NCBI GenBank assembly: GCA_963698035.1
Contig: OY969114.1
Span: 390,001 to 422,000, forward strand
DNA: 32,000 nt
Direction: 5' to 3'
Source: Candidatus Saccharimonadota bacterium
Lineage (GTDB): Archaea > Micrarchaeota > Micrarchaeia > Micrarchaeales > Micrarchaeaceae
Of the stretch, positions 21,384 to 31,981 are shown piece after piece. The position numbers were made by a program, and so were the translations under genes. Within the stretch, counting starts at the first letter, position 1. Each line of letters starts with the position of its first letter. The notes under the pieces were generated by a model. The model was not told where the DNA came from, ran no database searches, and saw only the letters and a program-made list of their open reading frames with translations.

Positions 21384-21519
21384 AAGTCGCAGGCATCCAG
21401 CGGCCTAAAAGTTGCCCCAACCATCAAATCACCGAAAGGGTTTTAAAGCTCAAAACTCAATAATATAACGGGCAAGGAAAAGGGCGATCTGTCGTCGTAT
21501 AAACCTCTCGGTATTTAGC

Positions 21520-23430
21520 ATGGCTGATAGCGATTATAGTGCAAAGGACATAATGGTGCTTTCTGGGCCCCAGGGCATCAGGAAAAGACCCGCGATGTAC
21601 ATAGGTTCGACCGCCAGCGGCGGCTTTATCCACCTGCTCTACGAGGTCCTAGACAACGCCATCGACGAGGCCATGGCAGGCTATGCAAAGACCGTAACAG
21701 TAAGGCTGAGCAAAGATGAGGATACAGACGTTGCTGAAGTGAGCGACGATGGCAGGGGCATACCTATAGACATAATACCAAAGGTGGGCAAGCCCGCTCT
21801 TGAGGTTATAATGACCTCCCTTCATGCAGGCGCTAAGTTTGAAAACAAAGTCTACAAAGTATCCGGAGGCCTTCACGGCGTCGGTCTTACAGTTGTGAAT
21901 TCACTATCAGAATACACAGAGGTTACGGTAAAGAAAGAAGGCAAGATATACAGGCAAAGATTCAGCAGAGGCGCAGTCATAACCCCGCTTGAGGTGGTAG
22001 GAACCGTTGAAGAGGGGCGCAGCGGCACAGCAATAAAGTTCAAGCCTGACAAGGAAATCTTCTCCGCCAAGAGCTTTGATACTATAGAACTCATAGAGAG
22101 GGTGAGGGACCTCGCATATCTCAATCCAGGCCTGCGCATAATCTTCATAGACGAGCGTGAACAGCCCCCAAAACAAATCGAATACTTCTCGAAGAACGGA
22201 CTGGAAGACTTCCTTGCCCACATAAGGGGAGATAGACAGGAGATAAGCAAACCCATATCTATAAAGAAGCACGCCGATTCGCTCAAGCTCGACATCATAA
22301 TGCAGTATGTTAATTCATATTCAGAAGATGTGCTCTCTTTTGTCAACAAAATAAAGACCGCTCAGGGCGGAACCCACGTAACAGGATTCAGGGGCGCTCT
22401 GACCAGGGCGATAACGAACTACAACCAGAAGAACGGTAAAAAGAAGAACAACATAGCTCTTGAAGGCGATGACACACGCGAGGGCCTGATAGTGATAATA
22501 TCCCTACTCATGCAGAATCCGGAATTTGAGGGGCAGACAAAGGAGAAGCTGGGCAACAACAGCATAAAGGCCTTCATAGAAAATGCCTTCTATTCAGAAT
22601 TCTCAAGATATTTGGAAGAGAATCCGGCAGAAGCAGCAAAGATAATGGACAAGGTATACACCGCCGCAGAAGCAAGAGAATCAGCAAGGCGTGCGCGCGA
22701 CCTTGCAAGGAAGAAGGGCCTATTCGAAGGCGCCATACTCCCCGGAAAGCTCTCCGACTGCACAGAAACAGACCCAGAAAAGTGCGAGATATTCATTGTG
22801 GAGGGAGAAAGCGCGGCAGGTTCCAGCAAGGAAGCCAGGGATAGGTTCTATCAGGCTATACTACCTCTGCGAGGCAAGGTACTGAATGTTGAAAAGGCAA
22901 CAGAGGAGAAAATATTCGCGAATGCCGAGCTGCACGCCATGGTGACAGCGCTAGGCACAGGAATAAAGGAGTCATTTAATCCAGACGGCGCAAGGTACAA
23001 CAAAATAATACTATTGACAGATGCAGACGTTGACGGCAGCCACATAAGGACGCTGCTGCTTACCTTCCTTTACAGGTACATGAAGCCACTAATAGAAAGG
23101 GGGTACGTGTACATCGGGCAGCCCCCGCTCTATAAAGTCGTAAAGGGCAGGGATGTCAAATATGCTTACTCCGACCAGCAACTAAATGAAATTATGAAAG
23201 GATTTGACGGAAAGGGCACGCTCCAGAGGTACAAGGGTCTTGGTGAAATGAATCCCGAACAGCTCTGGGAGACCACAATGGACCCCAAGAATAGGGTGCT
23301 AAAGAGGATTACAATAGGGGACGCGGAGCTTGCCAATACGATGTTCATCATACTTATGGGCCTTGATGTTGAGAAGAGAAGGCACTTCCTGGAGGATCAT
23401 GCAAGCGAGGTAAAGTTCCTTGATATATAG
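21520..23430 (+). CDS. gyrB: DNA gyrase subunit B
   Basis: 636 aa. GHKL N-box LLYEVLDNAIDEAMAG, GLHGVG, Toprim IVEGESAAGS, PLRGKVLNVEKA, LTDADVDGSHIRTLLLTF, and QRYKGLGEMNPEQLWETTMDP. Confidence 0.95.
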   Translation: MADSDYSAKDIMVLSGPQGIRKRPAMYIGSTASGGFIHLLYEVLDNAIDEAMAGYAKTVTVRLSKDEDTDVAEVSDDGRGIPIDIIPKVGKPALEVIMTSLHAGAKFENKVYKVSGGLHGVGLTVVNSLSEYTEVTVKKEGKIYRQRFSRGAVITPLEVVGTVEEGRSGTAIKFKPDKEIFSAKSFDTIELIERVRDLAYLNPGLRIIFIDEREQPPKQIEYFSKNGLEDFLAHIRGDRQEISKPISIKKHADSLKLDIIMQYVNSYSEDVLSFVNKIKTAQGGTHVTGFRGALTRAITNYNQKNGKKKNNIALEGDDTREGLIVIISLLMQNPEFEGQTKEKLGNNSIKAFIENAFYSEFSRYLEENPAEAAKIMDKVYTAAEARESARRARDLARKKGLFEGAILPGKLSDCTETDPEKCEIFIVEGESAAGSSKEARDRFYQAILPLRGKVLNVEKATEEKIFANAELHAMVTALGTGIKESFNPDGARYNKIILLTDADVDGSHIRTLLLTFLYRYMKPLIERGYVYIGQPPLYKVVKGRDVKYAYSDQQLNEIMKGFDGKGTLQRYKGLGEMNPEQLWETTMDPKNRVLKRITIGDAELANTMFIILMGLDVEKRRHFLEDHASEVKFLDI

Positions 23431-23438
23431 TGTTTTGA

Positions 23439-25847
23439 ATGGCTGAAAATAGTTACCTGGAAACTCAAATAGAGAAGGAGATGCAGTCAAGCTATCTCGA
23501 TTATGCTATGAGCGTAATCATAGGCAGGGCTCTCCCCGACGTAAGGGACGGCCTGAAGCCAGCCCAGAGAAGGATACTTTGGGCTATGTACGGGCTGGGC
23601 AATTTCCACGATCAACCAACAAAAAAGAGCGCGAGAATAGTGGGGGAAACTATCGGAAAGTACCATCCGCACGGCGACATAGCTGCCTACGGCACACTGA
23701 TAAGGATGGCGCAGTCCTTCTCTATGAACCACACGCTTGTAGAAGGTCAAGGAAATATGGGCTCGATTGACGGAGATCCTCCAGCCGCGCAAAGATACAC
23801 AGAGGTAAGGCTGAACAGGTTCGCCGAAGAGATGCTCACAGACATTGAGAAGAAAGCTGTGCCGTTCGTCCCGAACTTCGACAATACAGAAGAGGAGCCA
23901 CTGATACTTCCTGCAAAAGTGCCGCACCTATTGATTAACGGCGCATCCGGCATCGCAGTAGGGGTCGCCACAAACATAATGCAGCATAACCTAAGGGAGG
24001 TCTGCGACGCTGTGGTCGCGTATGTTGATAAACCGGAAATAACTCCACAGGAACTGCTCCAATACATAAAAGGACCAGACTTCCCTACTGGCGGAACAGT
24101 ATTCTACAGCAACATGCTCGTCTCGTCATATCTGAACGGAAGGGGGTCGTGCACGATAAGGGGCAAGACCGTAATCGAGGAGCAGAAGAACAGAAACACC
24201 ATAATAATAAAAGAGATCCCGTACAATGTGAACAAGGCGACTCTCGTTCAGAAAATAGCCGAGCTTGTGAAAGACAAGAAGATACAGGGCATAAGCGACC
24301 TTCGGGACGAGAGCGGAAAGGAGGGCATACGGATCGTGATAGAGCTAAGGAAGGACTCCAACCCGGAGGCCGTCCTGAACACACTCTATAAACATACCCA
24401 ACTACAGGTCACCATACCGGTCATGAACATCGCCGTGATAAAGAACAGCCTTGTAACGCTCAACCTTAAGCAGTTTATAAAGGTCTTCATCGACCACCGA
24501 GTCGAGGTAATAAAGGCCCGCACAAAGTACGATCTTGACGTTGCGTCGGACCGGCTCCACATAGTAGAGGGCCTTCTTATAGCGATTGCAAACATCAACG
24601 AGGTCATCGGAACAATAAAGAAGAGTTCTGATACAAAGGAGGCAAGGTCCAACCTCATCAAGGCTTACAGCATAACCGAGAAGCAGGCGAATGCCATACT
24701 CGACATGAAGCTGAGCAAGCTCACAAGCCTTGAGAGCACCTCCCTGGAGGGCGAGAAGGCCGACCTGGCAGGCAGCATAAAGAACCTAAAGGAGATACTC
24801 GAGAACGAGGGCAGGGTCTTCCAGATTATAAAAGAAGAGACCAAAGAGATAAAGGAGAAGTACGGCAGGGAGAGGCGCACCGTCATAGAGAGCAACACCG
24901 GCATAGAAGAGATAGAGAACGAGGACCTCATCGTGGACGCCGAGACCACCGTCATACTCACAAAGAACAGTTACATGAAGAGGATGCCCACAAGCGTATA
25001 CAAGACGCAGGGGAGGGGCGGCAGGGGAGTCATAGCAATAGGACTGCGGGAGGGCGACTTCGTGAAGCAAATCACCTCGTGCAAGGCGAAGGACTACCTC
25101 CTTGTCCTAACCAACAAGGGCCGTGCATACTGGCTCAAAGCGTACCAGGTACCCGAGACGAACAGGTATAGTGTGGGAAAACCCGCGGTCAACCTTGTCA
25201 AGCTAACGGACAACGAGACAGTGGAGAAGATAGTCAACACAAGGGCATTCGCCGAAAACTTCCTGACGTTCATAACCAAGAAGGGCACAATAAAGCGGGT
25301 CAAAGCAGAGAGCTTCTCTAAGCCGAGGGCTTCAGGCATAATCGCCGTGCCCATCAACCAGGGAGACTCCCTTGCGGATGTCTGCATATCTGACGGAAGC
25401 TCGAACATCTTCATAGCCACCAGGAAGGGCAAGGCATTGCGTTTCAACGAGAAGGACATAAGGTCGATGGGCAGAAACGCGCATGGGGTGCGGGGAATAA
25501 GGCTGTCACTTGGGGACGAGGTGGTCAACCTCCTCCAAGCCAAGGAATCCAACCTCATAGCAACCATAACAGAGAACGGATTTGGAAAGGCAACGAAGTT
25601 GGATGAGTACAGACTGCAGAGGAGGGGCGGCAAGGGCGTGATAAACCTGAAGGTAAAGGATAAGACGGGTCCGGTAGTGAAATCCCTAAAATCGTCCGAA
25701 TCGTCAGAAATTCTTCTAATAAACTCGAAGGGGCTTTCTATACAGTTCCCAGTTTCCGCGATAAGGGTGACCGGCAGGAGCGCCTCAGGTGTCAGGCTGA
25801 TGCGCGTAGATCGCGGAGTGACTGTGGTAGACGCCCAGATACTCTAA
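23439..25847 (+). CDS. gyrA: DNA gyrase subunit A
   Basis: 802 aa. YLDYAMSVIIGRALPDVRDGLKPAQRRILW, KSARIVGETIGKYHPHGD, active-site region AAQRYTEVRL, and C-terminal beta-pinwheel repeats (GRGGRGV, RRGGKGV, GRSASGV). Confidence 0.95.
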   Translation: MAENSYLETQIEKEMQSSYLDYAMSVIIGRALPDVRDGLKPAQRRILWAMYGLGNFHDQPTKKSARIVGETIGKYHPHGDIAAYGTLIRMAQSFSMNHTLVEGQGNMGSIDGDPPAAQRYTEVRLNRFAEEMLTDIEKKAVPFVPNFDNTEEEPLILPAKVPHLLINGASGIAVGVATNIMQHNLREVCDAVVAYVDKPEITPQELLQYIKGPDFPTGGTVFYSNMLVSSYLNGRGSCTIRGKTVIEEQKNRNTIIIKEIPYNVNKATLVQKIAELVKDKKIQGISDLRDESGKEGIRIVIELRKDSNPEAVLNTLYKHTQLQVTIPVMNIAVIKNSLVTLNLKQFIKVFIDHRVEVIKARTKYDLDVASDRLHIVEGLLIAIANINEVIGTIKKSSDTKEARSNLIKAYSITEKQANAILDMKLSKLTSLESTSLEGEKADLAGSIKNLKEILENEGRVFQIIKEETKEIKEKYGRERRTVIESNTGIEEIENEDLIVDAETTVILTKNSYMKRMPTSVYKTQGRGGRGVIAIGLREGDFVKQITSCKAKDYLLVLTNKGRAYWLKAYQVPETNRYSVGKPAVNLVKLTDNETVEKIVNTRAFAENFLTFITKKGTIKRVKAESFSKPRASGIIAVPINQGDSLADVCISDGSSNIFIATRKGKALRFNEKDIRSMGRNAHGVRGIRLSLGDEVVNLLQAKESNLIATITENGFGKATKLDEYRLQRRGGKGVINLKVKDKTGPVVKSLKSSESSEILLINSKGLSIQFPVSAIRVTGRSASGVRLMRVDRGVTVVDAQIL

Positions 25848-25907
25848 CGGCAAGTGACTACCCATATTGAGAGGCAACTTTATTAAAATGCATAATGCGC
25901 ATTACTT

Positions 25908-26441
25908 GTGGGTGTGCGGGTGATACTGGTACTCGTAATAGGCAAGGGCAGCCATGAGTCTTACTTAGACCTAGCCCTCGTTTCGCGCGCGTTTGGGGCA
26001 TCAGCAATAACCTTCTGCGCAAAGGATGCAGGAGACATCAGGTCGATAGAAAGGGCAATCAAAGGCACAAACAGCAAATGGGGAGGCAAATTTTCCGTTT
26101 TCCACACAAAAAACTGGAAGGAATTCATAAATGAGAAAAAAAACTACCTGAAGATATACCTGACAATGTACGGGCTTCCAATGAAGAAGCTGGAATACCA
26201 GATAAGGACCTACAAGAACATACTGCTGATTGTGAGCTTCACCGAGGCGATAAAGCCCCTCTACAGGGCTGCGGATTTCAACATAAGCATAACTGCGCAG
26301 CCGCACACCTGCGCCTCCGCAATATCCGTCTTCCTGCATAATTTCTACAATGGAAGGGAACTCGCCCTCCATTTCGAGAATGCGGGATACAAAGTAGTGC
26401 CAGAGGAGCACAGCATACACATACAGAAATCGAAAGGCTAA
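25908..26441 (+). CDS. trm56: tRNA (cytidine56-2'-O)-methyltransferase Trm56 (SPOUT)
   Basis: 177 aa. SKWGGKFSV...NWKEF, YLTMYG, and ADFNISITAQPHTCASAISVFL align with aTrm56 (WGGxF, HLTMYG, ADxNxxxxxQPHSxxAA). The track start is GTG 25908. GTG 25920 (VILVLVIGKG) fits family N-termini better. Confidence 0.7.
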   Translation: MGVRVILVLVIGKGSHESYLDLALVSRAFGASAITFCAKDAGDIRSIERAIKGTNSKWGGKFSVFHTKNWKEFINEKKNYLKIYLTMYGLPMKKLEYQIRTYKNILLIVSFTEAIKPLYRAADFNISITAQPHTCASAISVFLHNFYNGRELALHFENAGYKVVPEEHSIHIQKSKG

Positions 26442-29190
26442 GCGGACCAGTACTTCCTTGTGCGTATGAACTGCCTTTGGCTCTCTATGAGGTCCTTGTA
26501 GAAGAGCGTCTCGTCTTTCCTTTGCATGAGCAGAGCCCTGGCTGCACTCGATGGTCCTATGCCGTAAGTCGCTAATGCCATCGCCGCCCGGCCGCCGTAA
26601 GAGCTGAATAAACCTGCCTCTTTCATTGCCTCGGCAAAGGCCCTCCTCCCGTCTCTGGTTAGCTGTTTGCCAGATATCCTTCTCCTAACCGCATCGAAGT
26701 GGCTGTCAGAATATCTGGATATCATGACGCTGCCACAAGACGGGCACTCTATCTTCGCAGAGTCGCGGAGATCACTTATCTTGCGCAAGAACGTAAATCC
26801 GCAGTAGGTGCAGAGCAGCTTCATCTCCTTCTTCATCAGGAACTCAGAGAAGGACTCCAGTATCGCCTTGCTGGGCAGAACCGGCATTATCAGCTCTCTG
26901 GTATAGTATGCAGAATTCAGTATCTCATCTGCGAGCGGTGAGATCTCGCCCGAATCCGAATACGTTATCTTTATCCTGCCCGACCTTATGCCGGAAAGGA
27001 ACTCCTTCAGGTTCACAAGATCGAACCCCTCGATTATCTCACGCAGCGTTTCCCTGTATGGAGGGCTGTCCTGCAGCACCTTTATTATCCTCTTTGCTAT
27101 GGATTTAGATACCGTGGCGCCCTTGTCTATCACTCCGAAGAGCTTTGCCACGTTCACAAACCTGTATCTGAACAGGTCAGTCTCCTTTACTGCATTCTCA
27201 ATATCAATTTCAATACCCGCCTCCTTCATCCTACCCAGGAATTGCTCTATGTCAATGCCCTTTGCACCATCCAGCATAATGAAATAGGGCGAAGACCTCA
27301 CATTTATGCTCCTTCCAAGAAAGACAACAATCAGGTGCGCAAGCAGTCTCGAAAGCGCCTGGTTCGCCAGCGTGCCAAGCCCTGTATGGAATATCAGGTA
27401 GTCCTCAACCCTCTCTATCAGGGCCTCGTTCTCCGCATGATACAGTTTTGCCTGCCTGCCGGCAAAGTCCAACACTCTATCGAATGTCTCGCCGCTCATG
27501 CAACCGCTCCTCTCAGCAATCTTTGCATCCAATATTATTCTCTTCGCTTGCATTGCGACCGCGCAGGAGACTGGTATGTCTTCCCCTGTCCAGTCAGGAA
27601 TCGCTGCATCGAGGTGCTCGCTCGGCTCCACGCTTATCGATTGCTCGTCTATGCTTATAACTTTCCATGGCAATCCCTTGACTATGAAGACCGAGCCCTC
27701 CTCTATGTTGGCCGAGACGAATTTCTCATCCAGCGACGATATTATACGATTGTCTACCGAGTTCTTCACTATGAATCTCTTTGTGTCGGGTATGACGCTA
27801 AGGTGCTCGTAGTAGTACATCCTGGTCCTTTGCGACGCCATTACCTTCTTTCCATCAAAACCTATTAGCCTCTGCCTGTCCATAAACTTCAAGAGGCCTG
27901 CGAGCTCGTCATTGCCGATTCCAGAGTAGGGATGAGCCCTCCTGATGATTTTTGCAAGCGAATCCACCTCTATCCCGCTTCTCTCCAGCGCGATTCCGCA
28001 AATCTGGTTGCATAGGACATCCAACGCGTTCCTGCAGGCTGGAGGGTTCTCTATTATTCCTTCCTTCATATTCTTGTATATTGCCGCAGCCTCTACTGCA
28101 TCTATCTCACTTGTCGCTATCACCACGCCTTTCGATATGCCGGCTTCGGTATGGCCACTCCTCCCAATCCTCTGCGCCATCCTCAGCGCCTGCCTGGGCG
28201 AGCCGTACTGTATGACAAGGTCGATATTGCCTATGTCTATTCCGAGCTCAAGCGAGCTTGTAGCTATTATGCACTTGAGCTGCCCTGCCTTGAATTGGTC
28301 CTCCATCTCTATCCTCTCGCTCCTGTCCAGCGAGCCGTGGTGGACCCCCACGCCCCCGAAATCGTGCATCCTGTTCAGCTGGACTAGCCTGCTACCCAAC
28401 GCCTCAACAACCTGTCGGGTGTTCGCAAACAGAAGAGTAGACCGCGATCTCTTTATCGACTCTGCAATCTCGCTCAGGCGGGCGAGCGATTTGTCGTCAA
28501 GGTCGAATTTAGAGGTTAGCTCCTTCACAGTGCTCGTATATCTGGCCGGTATCTCTATGCGCAGCTCTGTCCTCTTCTCGGGCTTCGCAAGTGCGATCCT
28601 GAAGCCTCTACTCCCGCAAAGGAACATCCCAGTCGCATTTGGGTCAGCTACAGTCGCGCTTATGCCTATCCTCTGGAATCCCGGTGAGAGCTCATCAAGC
28701 CTCTCCAGCCCCAGCGAGAGCTGGGCTCCCCTCTTGTTGGAGTATAACTCGTGTACCTCGTCCACTATCACAAAGCCTACGTTACGAAGATGGGGCGCGA
28801 AAGACTTCGTCGGCAGTATGCTCTGCAACGTCTCTGGAGTGGTTATCAGCACCGTAGGTGCGTTCTTTACCTGTTTTCTCCTCTCGCTCTGCGTTGTGTC
28901 CCCATGCCTGACAGATATGCTTATGCCAGCCTCCTTGCAGAGCCAATCGAGCCTCTTTATCATGTCCCTGTTCAGCGCGCGGAGCGGAGTTATGTAGACA
29001 AGTCTTATCCCAGATGCCTGCACTCCCGCAAGTATTCTCCTGATGATAGGCAGCACCGCCGCCTCGGTCTTGCCAGAGCCGGTCGGCGCGATGACTATGC
29101 AGTTCTCCCCTTTCTCTATGATAGGTATAGCTGCGCGCTGTATCTCGGTGAACTTCCCGTACTTCGATAGGAATGCCTTGTATATGTCAT
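26438..29190 (-). CDS. lhr: Lhr-type superfamily-2 DEAD/DEAH helicase (COG1201), start region frame-disrupted
   Basis: The track ORF (26438..29056, GTG start) contains DEVH (VIVDEVHEL), SAT, motif VI QRIGRSGH, a DEAD-associated C-terminal region and a zinc ribbon CTYCG...CPSCG. My translation of the same frame upstream (29057..29194) gives INDIYKAFLSKYGKFTEIQRAAIPIIEKGENCIVIAPTGSGKTEAAV, which includes the Q-motif and Walker A. The only ATG (29190..29188) is one base out of this frame. Confidence 0.8.
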
Positions 29191-31215
29191 TTATTTAATC
29201 GCCCCAGCAATTCGCCTCCTGGTAAGGCTCCTATGCAGCAAGAGCACGAGGGCGAACGCCGCAACCACTGCGATAACTGGAGCAAGTATTATCGGAGTTA
29301 TGAATATCGCATCTATGCTGCTGCCCGCATTCGCTCCAACGCGCTCGCTGATGAAACCATAACTGGCTGATCCCGTTGCATTGCCGAATGGAACGTCGTA
29401 AAGGGTCGCACTACCAACCCTTCCAAGATAGAAGCTTGTGCCGGTCCCATTCCTGAATGTCAGATAAACGCTTGCGTTGAGCGGGTTGTTGAGCAGGCTC
29501 TTCGCGCTTATCACTAAGTCGTAAACCGGGAGCTTGACCGGTATTTTTGACACGCCCGATATGTTGATGATTAGATTGACAGGCAGCCCCATGCCCTTGT
29601 AGTAAGCGTATGTCAGGTTGTATGGGACGCCCGCAAACAGCAGGGTGCTTCCGTTTAGCCTCTTCCCATCAAGGTAGAAATACTGCACGCTTATGTTGTT
29701 GTGGTAGTAATCCTGCCCGAACAGGGTTGTGAGGTACTGCGGCTTGAATACGGCATTCAACCGCATAGGCGAATTGACGGTAAAGATCACGCTGCTAGTG
29801 TTGTAGAGTCCGCTCCAGGAGTAGAATGCAATCCTGTTCTCATTTGTCGAATTGAAATACTGTTGCGAGAGCGATATGCTTGCACTGCTGCCGGCATCGT
29901 ACCAGCCCGATCCAATCGCATTTCCATATGGAGTCTGCAGCCCCACAAAATACTGCCCCTTCCACAGCGCATCAATCTGGGCGGGGGCACTCATCAGAAC
30001 GCTTATCGTGGAATTCATTTGCCCATTGCTCCAACCCTTAAACATCTCCCTTGCGCCTTCAGACACGTTTACAATAGCCGAATTCAGCGAAACCAAGGCG
30101 ACGCTGCCGGCGTCATACCATCCGCTGCCGGTTACATTGCCGTAATCAGATGACACGCCCAAATAATACTGGGAGACCCACAAGGCCGTCTCTGTGATAT
30201 TCCCGTATATGTTTACCTGCCCCTGCGCAGATGCCCCCGTATAAGAACCTGCGCCGCTCCCAATCCAGTCTTTGAACACCTCCCTCTGCGTTGTGCTTAT
30301 ATAGACGTATCTTGGTATGCTGAAGTTTACGGTCGAGAATGTCGAATAATAGCCCGTTCCTGTAGCGTTGCCGTATTGCGAATAAGCCTTAAGGCTGTAT
30401 ATGCTATTCCACAACCTTGTCCCGTTCTGCACCATGTGCACCGCAGACCCGATCTCGAAGAAGTCTGCGTATCCTGGCAATTCGGCTACCCCGTAGGGAT
30501 TTGATAGGGCGGTCTGGCTGCCCACCCCGTACCCCACATAGGCGTATGCATCATGCAGGAGGTTGAAGGAGTCATCGCTGTAATAGGAAAGGTTCTTGAA
30601 GAGCACTGTCTCCATAAAAGCGTCGTTGTTATTTGCGTCCGCAAGCTCTGCATATGCGACAGGAGCATGGTTGCCAGACTGCGATGTTCCTAACATCACG
30701 CTTCCTATCTGCTCATTGTTGAAGTAGATCTTCCATTCCGTCCCATTCGAATAGAACCAATACCTATTGAATATCCCATTCTGGCCCACAGAGTCATTTC
30801 CGCCCACCCCGCCGTAGAAAGTGCTGCTGTTTTTGGAGTTTGCCGGAAAGTACTCCCAGAACCACGTTGGGTATCCCGCCTCCAGAAGTACTGAGCCACT
30901 GCATCCTTGCGGGTTGCATGCCTGTGGGTAATACCCTGTTGTATTTGTCACCTCATAGCCTGCCTGTATGAATGCGCCGTCCTGCAGGGTCTCCCCCACC
31001 CAGAAGCCGAAAGAGCCAGCACTGAGGTTTTGTGGATATACGGTCTGTATGTAGACGCCGGCCCCGTTATTGTATGCCGAATCTGGTGCGCCGTTCGCCC
31101 CGGACTGAAACCAGAACTGGCCAAACGCGAGGTTCCCCAGCAGCACTAGCGAAAGCACAGCGAAAGAAACTAAGAAGAGAATATTACGTCCTCTCATGGT
31201 CCATACCCAACGCAT
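29191..31215 (-). CDS. membrane-anchored secreted protein: N-terminal concanavalin-like (peptidase G1/eqolisin-like) domain, three ~72-aa repeats, C-terminal TM anchor
   Basis: 674 aa (start ATG 31215 or ATG 31197, MRGRNILFLVSFAVLSLVLLGNLAFG). FWVGETLQDGAFIQAGYEV and PTWFWEYFP parallel the WVGIDG..LQTG and AWYEWYP motifs of scytalidoglutamic peptidase as I recall them. Three repeats carry Yx[VL]xxxxxYGNxxGSGWYDAGS. The tail is a TM helix plus HRSLTRRRIAGAIK. Confidence 0.65.
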   Translation of the reverse strand: MRWVWTMRGRNILFLVSFAVLSLVLLGNLAFGQFWFQSGANGAPDSAYNNGAGVYIQTVYPQNLSAGSFGFWVGETLQDGAFIQAGYEVTNTTGYYPQACNPQGCSGSVLLEAGYPTWFWEYFPANSKNSSTFYGGVGGNDSVGQNGIFNRYWFYSNGTEWKIYFNNEQIGSVMLGTSQSGNHAPVAYAELADANNNDAFMETVLFKNLSYYSDDSFNLLHDAYAYVGYGVGSQTALSNPYGVAELPGYADFFEIGSAVHMVQNGTRLWNSIYSLKAYSQYGNATGTGYYSTFSTVNFSIPRYVYISTTQREVFKDWIGSGAGSYTGASAQGQVNIYGNITETALWVSQYYLGVSSDYGNVTGSGWYDAGSVALVSLNSAIVNVSEGAREMFKGWSNGQMNSTISVLMSAPAQIDALWKGQYFVGLQTPYGNAIGSGWYDAGSSASISLSQQYFNSTNENRIAFYSWSGLYNTSSVIFTVNSPMRLNAVFKPQYLTTLFGQDYYHNNISVQYFYLDGKRLNGSTLLFAGVPYNLTYAYYKGMGLPVNLIINISGVSKIPVKLPVYDLVISAKSLLNNPLNASVYLTFRNGTGTSFYLGRVGSATLYDVPFGNATGSASYGFISERVGANAGSSIDAIFITPIILAPVIAVVAAFALVLLLHRSLTRRRIAGAIK

Positions 31216-31981
31216 CCAGCGCCGCTATTATCCTCTCTCTTTCAGCAGACTTAATACTTTTCCATTCTATGATGGCCTTATCCGGCCTTTTGGAGCTCCT
31301 CTCCACAGCTTGCTCCAGCATTCCTATTTCACTTACATGATGCTTCGACATCATGTGGCCGAACGCGTACCTTCTGTCAAATGCCAGACGCGTGAACTTC
31401 TCTGCGTAATGCAGTCCTCCGACACCAAGCACAGGTTCGGAAAAATTGGTAGGATCTCCATCCTCAAGCGCTGACAGCGTTACCCTGGCAAGCAGCATGC
31501 TGTGCTTTTTGCTCTCAAGGGCGGCTCTGTTTCCACCTACCTCCACGAAAAGGGATGGAGTCTTAAGAAGGGGTCCATGATGGGTCGCCTCGTATACTAC
31601 AGGGAAGCCAGTATCGTTCAATTCGTCCATCTTCCTGAGGAAGCAGAGCATCCATTCTGGAGATGCAAAGCTCAACTGCCTCGGCTTGCCCCCCAGGTCC
31701 GCAGCATCAGACCAATTTCCCTCAGGATGTACAGTAAGGGAGGCGATTTCTTTTGCGCTTTTATGGCTGCAGACAAATACGAACAGGTCAGTCTTTACAA
31801 GATCGTCAAGGTAGTCGGCCTCTAGCATACTCTCCTTTATCCCTATCATGTTGATGCCCTTGCGCTTGAAGTGCCTTGCATCTCCCACCGACTCCAATTC
31901 CTCGAATTCGCCAACCTCCAGAAGGCTCTCACCGATGTTCTTCGATGTAAGGTTGCTCTCCGAATAAACTACATACGGCAT
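31184..31981 (-). CDS. dtdA: archaeal D-aminoacyl-tRNA deacylase (DTD2 type)
   Basis: 265 aa. SHKSAKEIASLTVHPEGNW, YEATHHGP, and PSLFVEVGG match the DtdA family pattern. GAGGTGA lies 3 nt upstream of the ATG. Confidence 0.8.
   Translation of the reverse strand: MPYVVYSESNLTSKNIGESLLEVGEFEELESVGDARHFKRKGINMIGIKESMLEADYLDDLVKTDLFVFVCSHKSAKEIASLTVHPEGNWSDAADLGGKPRQLSFASPEWMLCFLRKMDELNDTGFPVVYEATHHGPLLKTPSLFVEVGGNRAALESKKHSMLLARVTLSALEDGDPTNFSEPVLGVGGLHYAEKFTRLAFDRRYAFGHMMSKHHVSEIGMLEQAVERSSKRPDKAIIEWKSIKSAERERIIAALDALGMDHERT

Noticed and set aside
27945-28997. 350-aa plus-strand ORF (and several 60-200 aa ORFs nearby)
   Set aside because: It is antisense to the helicase core and is Ser/Leu/Pro-rich and low-complexity. 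The minus-strand frame carries all the helicase motifs.
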